Shown piece by piece: positions 1-11,325 of a DNA stretch of 64,000 bases. The DNA lies in assembly GCA_000002445.1 (NCBI GenBank), contig CM000207.1:2976001-3040000 (forward strand). Reading direction: 5' to 3'. Under the pieces are notes generated by a model that saw only the letters and a list, made by a program, of their open reading frames with translations, did no database searches and was not told where the DNA came from. The position numbers and the translations under genes are program-made. Positions within the stretch are counted from its first letter, which is position 1, and every line of letters begins with the position of its first letter. The DNA is from Trypanosoma brucei. Taxonomy: Eukaryota.

Positions 1-676
1 CCCAGAACAGCAATGCGAAGTAACAGATCTACCAGCTGGAGGAGCCGCAGACAAACACAAAAAACTACAACATTCACTGTGCCGAGCGTTGCAATTAGGC
101 AATGTCAACGGACGGTCGCTGCGACAACTAAACGGCGCGGCACTACAAAGTGACCATGTTGTTGCCAACACAATCAGAAACTGCGACCCAGTCTTCCAAA
201 AACTAACGACAGCCACAGATGGCGAAGGGACAACTGAGTTAAAAAAATACATCAAAGAAGCATATGGAAGCTCTGCAAGCGAGTTCGCTGAGAAGTTCAT
301 TACAAACGCGGAAAAACTACAAATGACGTTGCGCTTAAATGATAAAATAGAAACAAAGGATTTGAGTGCTGTTTCACCAGGTGAACAAACCGCAGCAGCT
401 CTGAGTCATATACAGGGACTACATAACAAAAGGGAACTTGAAGCAGGAAAAAAGAGTACAAGCGCTGCGGCGGTTGATCCACAAAAATCAGAGGACTGCA
501 AGGGAGAAAAGGACGAAACTAAATGCAACAAAAAAGATGGGTGTGAATTCAAAGACGGGGAGTGCTTAGCTAAAGTGACAACAGCAGCAGGGACAGATGG
601 TAAAACAAACACCACAGGAAGCAATTCTTTTGTCATTCATAAGACCCCTCTTTTGCATGTATGTTTGCTGCTATAA
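1..676 (+). CDS. VSG: VSG, 3' portion (gene starts upstream of window). Ends with the C-terminal domain CKGEKDETKCNKKDGCEFKDGEC and GPI tail GSNSFVIHKTPLL..; stop at 674-676.
   Basis: The reading frame is open from base 2. Canonical VSG C-terminal domain cysteine pattern and GPI signal are present. Confidence 0.85.
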   Translation, partial: PEQQCEVTDLPAGGAADKHKKLQHSLCRALQLGNVNGRSLRQLNGAALQSDHVVANTIRNCDPVFQKLTTATDGEGTTELKKYIKEAYGSSASEFAEKFITNAEKLQMTLRLNDKIETKDLSAVSPGEQTAAALSHIQGLHNKRELEAGKKSTSAAAVDPQKSEDCKGEKDETKCNKKDGCEFKDGECLAKVTTAAGTDGKTNTTGSNSFVIHKTPLLHVCLLL

Positions 677-854
677 TAACACTTTAAATAATTATTTGTA
701 AAATATTTTTCTCAATTATATGAAAATTATAGAAACTATGACAGTTTTCGTTTTTGAAAGAACTTTATAAAATTAATCATACTTCAAATGTAACAATACT
801 TTTTAATAAAAAAGTAGAAAATAGAAAATTTTTCCGATTATGATTTATTTTGCT

Positions 855-950
855 TATGGATATTGGTTAGGGTTATAATAATGTAGTAAAAGTAATAATA
901 AAAGGAGCGTGTTTTCATTACATATTATGTAATTATAAAACAAGCAGGAG
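855..950 (+). repeat. Degenerate 70-bp-repeat-like block
   Basis: TATGGATATTGGTTAGGGTTATAATAATG..AATAATAAAAGGAGCGTGTT resembles the 70-bp repeat consensus. Confidence 0.5.
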
Positions 951-1249
951 GAACCGAGTGACGGGACAAAATTAAGCACTTAAACAACAGTGAACTCGTA
1001 ATAATTTTAATTTAGTGACAAAGATTAAAATGGATAAAAACAGAAATGTATATGGATTATATTCACTTTTAAACGCTCAAATGGAAAAGTGATCACAACA
1101 ACAATAACAATAAATGCTGTATTATTACTAAACAGATAAAAACGACACTCTAGCGTATGTAGATACAAAACCTAGCTGTAAAACGCTCACTGGATCACTG
1201 ATGAAAAAAACACAAGAGAAAATAAAAGGAAAAGAAGAAGACACAAAAG

Positions 1250-1749
1250 ACTTTTTTTAAATTTTCTTCGTGCCTTCGTGGGAGTTTCCCCCCACTGGCG
1301 CGGCTATCAGCCATCACCGTAGAGCCCTGAGATGCTATCGATCTGGCGACTGTGGCAGAGTCTCCCTCTTTTATTAAGCCTAACACACCCTCTATAATTT
1401 TTGTTGTAGCTCCGCAGATGAACGGAATACAGCATATGGGGTAAGAAGCCCCCCACCCCAGACTCTCCAAAAGATGTCAATTAGCAATCCTTTTTTTGGA
1501 GTTCCACATCACCGAACAGCAGCATCTTAGTGCGGATGATACTGCTGATGGCACGCTGGCACGTGCCCAGGGACCGACAAATGAAGAACGGTGTCCCAGC
1601 AAGACGCTGCTGATCCCTGTGCTGTATGATGCCGTAGCCGGAGCAAAGCAGTGTTCCCCATGAAAGGAACTCTGCTGGCTCTTGGCTTCCCCCGATGATA
1701 CGGGGTACTGGACCCTGGCACCACGTTGAGGTGGCCGGCATCGCCAGGG
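1250..1749 (-). mobile_element. RIME (500 bp) on the minus strand. The 3' poly(A) lies at about 1250 and the 5' end CCCTGGCGATGCCGGCCACCTCAACGTGG (reverse complement) at 1721-1749.
   Basis: The 5' half matches the ingi 5' end at 60905-61150: the translated peptide PATSTWCQGPV.IIGG.QEPA.FLSWGTLLCSGYGIIQ is shared. The 3' half matches the ingi 3' terminus at 47460-47573. Length is exactly about 500 bp. Confidence 0.85.
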
Positions 1750-2530
1750 GACACAGACAACAGCGGCAGATGCCAAACGACATCTACCACGGAGACTCTC
1801 AGCAGCATTTCGATGGTAGCCGAATCGGCTGGCACAACATATGGAGGCGAGCTATTACAAACAAAAAAAGCTGACCGCCCAAAGCAAAACTGCGAGGCCG
1901 AAGAAGAGAATCCACCAATTAAACTGGCCAGGGCGGCAAAGCTAGCATCCCTGCTGTGCAAGGCAAAAGACGCGATAACACCTCCAAAGATAGCGCTAGA
2001 AGAGACAACAACAGAAACGTTAGTCGGTGACACCGACTTTTTGTACATTGCAGCCCAACTTCTAGCAACTGAAATCCCAGCAGGTACACAGCCAGAAGGC
2101 ACGGAAGCCGACAAAATCAAGCAACTGATCAAAAGTACTTACGGCGACGCTACAACCTTCATATCGCGATACACCACTGGCCTCTATGACAAGCAGACGA
2201 AATACAAAAAAGGAACCCAAGATCGGGAAGGAACTCTAGACAGCGTAGCCACAGGCACTGACCTAGCCCTGGCAAGCATCTATTTTAAGGGCAGAGCACT
2301 CCCGCTTGATGCAGTTCAAGCAGGACAAGAAAAGAAAAAATCCAAAACAAGACAAACAGATGAAACTTTCAAAAGGAAAGGAAAAGGAGATACTTGCAAA
2401 GATGGGTGAAAATTGAAGGGGGGATTACTGAGAAAAAGTACGCAAAAGATCCGGAATACGAGTTAAATCAGGAAGAAGGAGAAAAAAGAAAACACTGGAA
2501 AACGAAACACAACATGAAACAATTGCACTG
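1750..2530 (+). pseudogene. VSG: VSG 3' fragment (ORF 1726..2409 plus a frameshifted GPI-tail remnant) that begins exactly at the RIME boundary
   Basis: VSG-like N-domain end and C-terminal domain (..KGTQDREGTLDSVATGTDLALASIYFKGRA..DTCKDG). A 16-mer-like TTGATATATTTTGATACG follows at about 2655. Confidence 0.55.
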
Positions 2531-2719
2531 TAATTAAGGCATCTGTTTTGCTTCCATTTTTTGTTCTATAATTAATTTTGAAGATTTGTGCTCAGTTTTA
2601 TGGAATTTATGAAATTTTTCTTTTTAAAGATAATTTTCTAAAATTGCTATCACTTGATATATTTTGATACGTTTTAATGAAACGGTTAAAATTAATAAAA
2701 GTTTGGTATGATAGTGTAA

Positions 2720-2920
2720 TATAGGTGTAACGTAATATTCCGATAGGGTATTGAATGCTATTATAATTAGGTTTATTTACTATTCCATTTATTTTATAGA
2801 TATTAGTTAGGTTATGATAGTAATAATAAGATAATAACAGTAGTAATAATAATAATAAGAGGAGAGTGTTGTGAGTGTGCATATACGAATATTATAATGA
2901 GAGCAGTAATGATAATGGAT
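2720..2920 (+). repeat. 70-bp repeat block
   Basis: GATATTAGTTAGGTTATGATAGTAATAATAAG..(TAA)n..GAGGAGAGTGTTGTGAGTGTGCATATACGAATATTATAATGAGAGCAGTAATGATAATGG. Confidence 0.9.
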
Positions 2921-4041
2921 GGACGGTCCAAAAAATTATTACGAAATACAATGGAAAGAGTGCAATTATAATAAGTTTGTAAGGGAAAATGGAAAGAGAT
3001 GAAAACACGCAGTTAAAAACAAAAATATTACGATATGCATCATTATATATAGACATATGAGGGAGCAGACAATGATGAAAAGTAAAATCCCATTTACGGC
3101 AAAAATTGAGTCGCTATGTTATCAGTAGGACGAATTACAGATAATAAAAGAGTATAAATCAAGAAACAAAAAGAAACAACAGCAGTTTGGAGAACAAAGC
3201 ATAGAGGGAGACGATAAAGTTGGAGCTAATGATGTTCTACTTTTCATTCAATAAATGAATAGATACTGCTGCAGAAATAACGGTTCTGACTTTACTTATT
3301 CTTATAGTGTACCCTAGTTTCCAGTTGTTAAAAAGACAGAAATAATCAAAAGACAAATAAGAAACCATCAATAGAAAATATAGACCACTCGTAGTAACGG
3401 ACTTAAAAGAATATTTATGCCCCAAAACGGGAAAATTAATCGTTTGAAAAATCACTAAAATCCCAAACTGAGTATGTGACGCTGCAACACAAAAAGCAAA
3501 AAAAGGCAAATAGATAAAAAAGAAGGTAATCTAAATCAGCTTCAAAATAGATTAATTTATTATTTTTTGAATTTCACAATCACTTATTTTTTAATTTAAA
3601 AATGTATTTTCCACGGCGCAAACAGGCGCCTGGGAGTAAGCATGAAAAATGTAGACAAAATGAAAAATGGTGAAGTTTCTAATTTTAAAAACCAAGAACG
3701 GACTGCATAATTGACCAAAAAAAATGTGGTTTACGATACCAACTCTGTAACAAATCATGTGAAATTTCTTGAAATCAGATAGGATAAATCCAGAAAAAGC
3801 AGTCAATATGCTGGTTGTCCACAAAAGAAACTGTTTCCAAGAACTGTTACAGCTCAGCATGCTACTTACAGTGGCTCTACTTGTAGCTATTCACCCAGAA
3901 AACAGCATCGGAGCGGACGCAAAGGCGAATGAAGCATGAAAAACACCGTGCAGCTGCAACACGAGGATAAAGAAATTAATAAAATATCATACGGGAGAAA
4001 TCGACTCAGCCAGCCAAGCTCTAGCAGACAACCAACTGGAC

Positions 4042-5430
4042 TTGATGAAATTAACTCTCGCGGCAGTGACGAGCGATGGAGAGACCAAAGCAAAGCTCTT
4101 ACCAGTCTTAGCAGCGGCCGGCGAAACCGTACATAACTGTCAACAGGCGTTAGACGCAGCAGACAAAACGGCAGCCCAAAACATACAGGCCCTCACAGCA
4201 CTAGCGAAGACATTCACAATCTATAACGTGTCAACAAAACGTAATGCGTAACTGACACTAACATTCACCACAGGACCTGTGCTGCCAGATAGCGGCATTT
4301 CAGGGACGACGACGCGGACAAATATATCGGGCATGTGCACTGAGGAAGCCGACGACGAACAGCAAATAAAAGTGGACGAGTCAACCATAGCAGATGAACC
4401 AGATATACCAGACCTAGAGGTGAGCGGCAAACAACACTAACCTGCAAGCACGAAACTGCGAACCAAGCAACCTGCCACAGCGGAAAAAACATAGGAAACA
4501 CAGGGATAATTAAAACAGTAACAACATACACGGCCGAAAACGTTGCCGAATCAAAATCAAGCTGGGCAGCAAGCAGCCATACCACAGGCGCAACGTTAAC
4601 CAGTAAACTGAAATTAACAGGTGACAACGTTACGACAGCAAAAGCAGCGCTAGCCGCTATAAAAAGCACCAAACTTAGATATATATTGTTCAAAACGGCT
4701 ACGGGAGTGGCAAACGATAGCCAGCAACGACAAGTTCCAACGAACAGCAATTCAGACCCTGCTGAAGAAATTTGACAACGAAAAGACAAGCATCGAGCCG
4801 CAAACTCAGCTGGAACAAGCGTTAAACCTGGCTTACGGCGCAAGCGGCAATAAATATGCCGAAAATGTATGGAACAAAGTCGACGGAGTTGAAGCACAAG
4901 TTAATCAAGGCGGCAAGAGAAACGGCGAAAAACTCTCAACCATAACACACCTCGCAAAACTAAGTGAAGGACTGGCATACAAGCTTACAAAAGACCTCGA
5001 AGAAGATGCCAAACCAAAGGAAAACCCCAAAGAAACCACTATCACAGACAAAGATTGCTGTGACAAAAATGGAGTTGATTGAAAAGTGGATTTCGAACTG
5101 ATTGGGGAAATTTGCAAACCCATAAAGAAAGGGGAGGGAGAAAACAAAGAGAAAGATGGCGAAAAGCCCTCAGATAGGTGTACAAGACACGGCACTGACA
5201 AAACCAAATGTGAAGCTGAAAAAACAGCAGGACAACCCCCCGTTTGTAGTTTCAGTAGGGCAAAGATAAAGAGGATGACAAGGATGCAGAAATGTGCCGT
5301 GATTCCAGTTTTTTCTCAATACAAAATTGGCTCTGAGTATGGCTGCTACTTTTGTGAGTTTGCTATTTTAAGACTTTTGCTCAATTTTATAACATATTTC
5401 ATTTTGAGAAAATCTACTAAATTTTGATAC
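4042..5430 (+). pseudogene. VSG: VSG pseudogene (multiple frameshifts; the C-terminal-domain ORF 5086..5427 reads GEICKPIKKGEGENKEKDGEKPSDRCTRHGTDKTKCE)
   Basis: VSG-like segments lie in three frames. The C-terminal domain has the usual Cys pattern. The 3'UTR 16-mer is at 5435-5450. Confidence 0.7.
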
Positions 5431-5434
5431 GATC

Positions 5435-5450
5435 TGATATATTTTAACAC
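5435..5450 (+). promoter_or_regulatory. VSG 3'UTR 16-mer TGATATATTTTAACAC (exact)
   Basis: Exact match to the conserved VSG mRNA-stability 16-mer, about 10 bp downstream of the VSG stop. Confidence 0.8.
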
Positions 5451-5540
5451 TTTTTGATAAAAAATAAAAATAAGTGTAAATTAATACTAATTTTTAAGAA
5501 TTTTGTAAAATATGATTTTTAGTAAAATGTGTATGACAAT

Positions 5541-5722
5541 GGTCTATAGGTTTAAATAGTAGAACGATAGGGTATAAAAAATGGTGCTTTTCTAATTTTG
5601 TTTATTTTTTTATTGATATTAGTTAGGTTCATAATGTTGAAGTAATAATAATAATGATAGGAGAGTATTATAAGTGTGTATATACTAATATAATAATAAG
5701 AGTGGTGACACACACTATATGG
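5541..5722 (+). repeat. 70-bp repeat block
   Basis: ..TTGATATTAGTTAGGTTCATAATG..TAATAATAATAATGATAGGAGAGTATTATAAGTGTGTATATACTAATATAATAATAAG. Confidence 0.9.
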
Positions 5723-7338
5723 AGGGGGAAAATAGAATGATTTTATACAATGGAAGTGGTGAAATGGAAGTAAGTAATTAAGCAAGTGAGTAAAATGATA
5801 GGACTAATATTATCAACGTAAACGCAAATTGGTAAGGAGAGAAGAATATGAAATGTTCTCGCGTTGAAACACAAAAATGACGATGAACATCATCATATAC
5901 AAGGAGATAGTTGGGGAGAAATTTCTGGAGACACAGTTTAGAGTACACGCTTAACAGAGTCACTACGCATTCGCAGAAACAAAAGAAAGTGGCTGAAAAG
6001 GAAACAAAATACGTAATGAAACAACGGAATTAACGAGTGTACAGTGCAGAAAATTCAGCAGGTGAAGGACGCACAATGTGTAAGTAAGTTCATGCTGCAT
6101 GTGATCGGACTGCAGCAACAAAGTTGAGCCCAAGCGATTAGCTTACGATTGCTGGTGGCACCGCGAAGCATTGTAGTACCAGTACGAAATGCAGTCCAAA
6201 TATGGCTGAGTGGAAGAATGGATCAAAAGTAAAAATGAAAGCAGCAAAAAAGTGTTATTGTATCACAAGACTGTGTCGAAACAAGGAGAGATAGTGATTT
6301 CTACACGAAGCGAAATTGGGAAATTTATTACACAAAACAGATATTTTCTTCTTTTTATAGAGTCAAGCACGTAAAATTATGAAAATACAACCTTAAAGAA
6401 AAATTTAGTAGACAAGCAGCGTCTGAGCTTTAAAGAGTGCAATCGAATTTACCTTAGCATACAGATCGTGTGATAGTTAACCTCTTTCCATAATCATTTC
6501 ATTCTCCTTTACAGCTTTCCGTATTGATAGACTTGAATTGAAGCAATGATACCCTGGTCAGGGGGAGTTGAAAAAGGCGGTGAGGTTGCATTTGCAAACC
6601 ACTAAACGTATATAAGGTAACACAAGTATTATATTACCAGGCTTTCTGGTACAGATAAGTCATTCGTAGGAAGAAAAAAAGAACAGCAAAGCACACAAAA
6701 ATGTTGGAGGCTAATCTGTTAGTAAGCTTGGCCCCCTCAATAGCACGGGGATGTGCGAAAAATAAAAAAAGGGAAATCGTTGAATTGTGTGCATGCGGAA
6801 CAACTAGACTTTACTCAAAGTTTGGTAAGTGTAAAAGGCCAGCCTAGGAAAGAACTTGTATATAAAGACATGTTACTAGCAATCTGTTGAACAAAAACGC
6901 TACTAAAGTAAGCTCAACCAGCTTATGTCTGTCATATGATAATTAGAAACAAGTTTCATGAGCATAAGACCAGAAAGTGACACTTAGCCAACACAAAGAG
7001 AAAACGCAACCACCTTTATGTGTGTGCACAGTCTTTTAATGCTTCCAGAAGTCTCCACTAAGATCTTTATGTGCGATGCAGGTCAACGCGCACGCCGTCT
7101 TACGCCATACTATCATACTGTTTTTGGCAGGACCACTAAGGGAAAGCATCTTGCTGGGCGTCTAGCCAGGAAGTGATTAAAGGAACAGACAAAGCAACAA
7201 ATATGAACACGAAAGCCGCTGCATAATTCGGCCGGTGCTAAGCACAAAGGCCGACGACAAGCGCTGACCAACTAACGAGGAAGTAGCTAACACGATAGAC
7301 TCAGGAACGCCAAGGTAGACCTCTATTTTCGCGTTCCA

Positions 7339-8820
7339 ATGAAACGGCTCTACTTTCGGTTTCTCACCTCCAAAAAACAGGTAGTAACAACGGACCAAAG
7401 CTCAGAGTGAGTGATACCAAGGTGATTGGAGCAGGCGGCTTTAAAAAAGCATGCGAAGTAGCAAAGCGCCTAAAAGCTGTAGCGCCATATTTTTCCAACA
7501 AAATAACAGCAAGCACAGCACACATTAACACGATGCGGACGGCGCTGCAAACCCTTGCAATTATGATGATGACCCAACCAGACAAAAGAAGCGACGAGTG
7601 CAAGTTCCTCTATGCGCATATCAACCAGGAACTGAGCCAAGCGGAACAAACGATCAGCTCAAACCTGGCAAAGTCAATCAAAGTTGTAGCACGTGCAACC
7701 TTTGAGGCCGGACGAATAGACGAAACGACATCTGTGTTCTTGCAAGTTAATGTCAACGCAGGCAGCAGCAGGAAGTATTGCATAGCCCAAAGCAACGACC
7801 ATGGCGGCGCAGCGACCGCGACGCATTTACTTCACTGTATCGTCAGTGGAGACGGACTAAAACAGACAATTCCAGACACCGCCAAATGCGGCACCAACGC
7901 CAATAGCAACACTGAAACAGATCACAAGCCGGTACGCGGGAGCCGGTCCAGGAAGCGCTACAACATTATGCGGGCTCACTCAAGCAGATTCAGCCAACGG
8001 TGGCAACGCAGACCAAATAAAGTGGGCGGGCAGCCTCATAATCATCAACAATGCACCACTAGCCGCCTCACCATTTCTCAACCACAGCGTAAATGCTGAA
8101 GCCGGAACTCCGCTAGCAGCAGTATACGCCGATCTTGACAACAACGTCACAGCCTACGATGAAGTCACGGTAAATCTTGAAAAACTGGCCAAAATAGGTG
8201 GAGCTACGAAACCAAGGATACCTGATATCAAAACAAACGCACAAAAATTACAAATAGGCGATACAACGACCAACATAACGCTTAGTACGGCGACAAAAGA
8301 CCGCAATAACCGAAGAGATCAGGCTCTACAACACAGAAACCCCAGCAACACTAGCGAATGAACGGAAGAAACTCTTTATAAACCAACTTTTGAAGATAGA
8401 TTCAGCCAAAAAACAGGCATTTTCTTTAAGTGAACAAACCAAAATCAGTGACATATCACAGCAAGAAACGGTTTGCAATAAAATAAAGGATGCAGAAAAA
8501 TGCAACACAACAAAGCACTGTAGTTTTCATGAAAGTGGTGAACACAACAAGAAATGCAATTTTAATGCCACAGAAGAAACAAAAAACGGGATCTCTGGCA
8601 CCCCAACAGGAGATGATAGAAGTTCATCAGGGGAAAGAGAAGAAGCAAAACAAGCAGGGGAAGATAGGAAAACTGACTGCAGCAAACTCACAGGCAAGCT
8701 TGCAAAAAGGACAATGACTGCAAATGGGATGGTAATACTTGCAAAGGTTCCAGTTTTCTGATCAATAAGAAACTTGCTCTTATTTCTGTTACAGCTTTTA
8801 TGAGTTTGGTATCATTTTGA
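7339..8820 (+). pseudogene. VSG: VSG pseudogene. It comprises N-domain ORF 7407..8099 and C-terminal-domain ORF 8390..8761, then a +1 frameshift into the GPI tail CKGSSFLINKKLALISVTAFMSLVSF*.
   Basis: A-type-like N-domain, Cys-rich C-terminal domain, and a GPI signal recovered in the adjacent frame. There is no convincing signal peptide. Confidence 0.7.
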
Positions 8821-8960
8821 GGAATTTTGCTGAATTTTATAAATTTTTCTAAATCCATAAACTTCACATCTTAACATTTTTTATGAAATGCGCAAGTTGG
8901 TGAAAATTAGTAAAAAAATTGAAATTTTAAAATATGAAAATTTGGTAACATGTACATAAT

Positions 8961-9145
8961 AGTGGCCTATGGGAGTTAAATAGTAGTGCGATAGGGTACG
9001 AAAAATGAGTGATGTTCTAACTTTATAAATTTGTTTATTTTAATGATATTAGTTAGTGTTATGATGATAATGATAATAATTATGATGATTATAGGAGTAT
9101 CTTGTGAGCATGTGTTCGCTGATAATCATATTAAGATCGATGGTG
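8961..9145 (+). repeat. 70-bp repeat block
   Basis: ..TAATGATATTAGTTAGTGTTATGATGATAATGATAATAATTATGATGATTATAGGAGTATCTTGTGAGCATGTG.. Confidence 0.85.
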
Positions 9146-10090
9146 AAAAGAAATGTATGGGAAAATACAAAAAATTCAAACAATGGGAATGGTACATTGT
9201 GAGACAGTGACTAATTAAGTAAAAAAGCTGGATGGTGAGTAAGAGGAGGGGTGAGAGAAAGGAAGAGGAACACTATCGAACGAAACGCAGTAAGATAGAG
9301 AAATAGAGATAGAATATGCGCTGTTTCAAACACAAACATGACGATGGGCATCATGAAACACAAGGAGATAATGAAGTGAACAACCATGAAGAGAAAAAGT
9401 CCGGCGTCGATTCTAACTGAAGTCGCTGCATCATCTTCAGCAGCGTAATATAGCAGAAAATGGCACATCAGAAGGAACAAATGAGCTCTTGCCTTTTGCT
9501 AAAAAATATATAGGTATTGCAGTGATAACCCCAAAAACGACAGTAGCAGTAGTTCGTAAAGCCACGCTGATTTCCGTCTCATGACATGGAAGGCAGTTGA
9601 GTTATTCAGAAGAGGAATATAGTAAAACTCGTAGTATATATAATCCATGAACAGCGGGCAGCTACTTTAATTACCGTAAATATACACAAAGAGAAATGGG
9701 AATATTGCAAGTAACAGTGGGATAAACGGAGTTTACGCCACTAGGTATGACTAAAGAAAAATTCTAAAATGAAAATCACCGATCCATGCCAAAGGGCAAG
9801 CTTCAAACGCTACAGTTACACCAATGAACTGTTATAACATAAGAATATTAAAGCATTATATGTATGAAAACACTTTTCTCAATAAACGACTTCATGTCGT
9901 AACCAACTTATTTTCGTACAGTTTCTAAGTTTTTCTGTATAATCTTCTCAAACTTTAAAGGTAGAATACCTAACGACATTTGCTATTTTAGTAGTTTTTT
10001 GCATCTGTTGCAATTATTGTATTTAAGCTCAATATCTCTTGAAGAGAAACAACTGCAAATATAACACAAAATTCTCCTAAGAATCCCAGA

Positions 10091-10849
10091 GTGTTTGTTG
10101 TTGCAGTTCAAACTCATGCAACTCAAGGATGGTGTGGGCACATAATGAGTGCCAAACTAAGCTATGTTAATATTAATACAATTGAAATGGGAGATTTGTA
10201 TAGTCATGTTAAAAGGCCTAGATGGGTTATGGAATTTTTAGAAAGGCAGAATACAAGTGATGAGGATATTGTCACTAATTTGGATGGGTCTAATGTTATT
10301 GTTGCTGAGAAAGAGAAGTATGAAAATGCAGTAGAATATTTTATACAAAAAAGTGCAGAAAACGAAGATAAGTTCAGTGAAGAGCATATTTACAAAGAGC
10401 ACATGGAGAGATGCTACTAGTTTTTTAATATTGGTAACAGAAAAAAAGAGGATAAGAAACTACCGCATTTACTGAAATCGCCTCCTAGTGGAAAACCCTA
10501 TCCTAGTGGTGGTGGTTTGATAGCGAGAGTATGGGCATTTAGAAATTTTGAATATGCATTTGGAGAGTTACTGAAATGGAGCGATGAGTGGTGGTCGGAA
10601 CAGAGTATCTACAAACCGTTGTTAATATGGAGTGCAGTTTGGGAAGAGGCTGTGGGGCAGAGATTTGTCTTGAGAAGAGAAATGATTGGATTGGATTATG
10701 AAAAGAAATTTTTTACTATTCCACATGGTGGTGAAATTGGAGAAGACCCATTCATTCATTTTCCTGGTCAGCCAATTGCATGGCAGGAAAAAACGATATT
10801 AATTGTTAAAAATCTTACTTGGCATAAAAAGTTTAAAGGAAAGGAGTAG
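10091..10849 (+). pseudogene. Non-VSG ORF pair (109 aa and 110 aa, same frame, separated by stops). It may be a subtelomeric ESAG-like or glycosyltransferase-family pseudogene; identity was not established.
   Basis: The two ORFs lack any VSG character and are Trp/Glu-rich (WSDEWWSEQSIYKPLLIWSAVWEE.., FTIPHGGEIGEDPFIHFPGQPIAWQEK). They sit between a 70-bp repeat and the next VSG. Confidence 0.3.
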
Positions 10850-11325
10850 TACGAAATACTTGTGTAAGATTGAGAGTTACGCTGTTGGTGGAGAAAAACA
10901 GGATTTTGAATGCTGGAATATTTGTGACAATTAATTTAAAGAAAGGGAGTTATTTGAGGCGGTAAAGCTGTGAAAAATGCAAGCATGCCATACGAGATTC
11001 AAATAATTCCACGCATTCTTGTGTTAACTTCTTTTCCTAATATTTCCCAAGAGATAACAGAAAAATTCCAATTGACATCCCTCAGTAGTGGAGACTTGTG
11101 AACAGCACCGCCAGGTTTCTTAGAAAATGTAAATGACGAGCGATATTTATACTTTGTTAACTCGCTTTCACGACGCCAGGGGCTCTTCAATACGGTGATG
11201 GTCACAAAACATCAAACATAGATTTATCAGGCTCACAGCATGGTATTTAACGTGGTGATAGCTTCTCCGTTAAATCAACCTCCATTTTCGAAAACTAGTG
11301 AAGACAAATCAAACCAGCGATACAA

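Noticed and set aside
4265..5207. Hydrophobic antisense ORFs (210 aa and 100 aa) opposite VSG pseudogenes, and similar ones at 12336..12865, 23382..24077, 58482..58990 and 59318..59890
   Set aside because: They lie antisense to clear VSG coding sequence. A-rich sense strands give stop-poor, T-rich antisense frames. There is no independent support.
6060..6200. GC-richer patch (GCTGGTGGCACCGCGAAGC...) considered as a small RNA gene
   Set aside because: No tRNA cloverleaf or snoRNA box motifs could be recognised by eye. It is probably part of the VSG co-transposed region.
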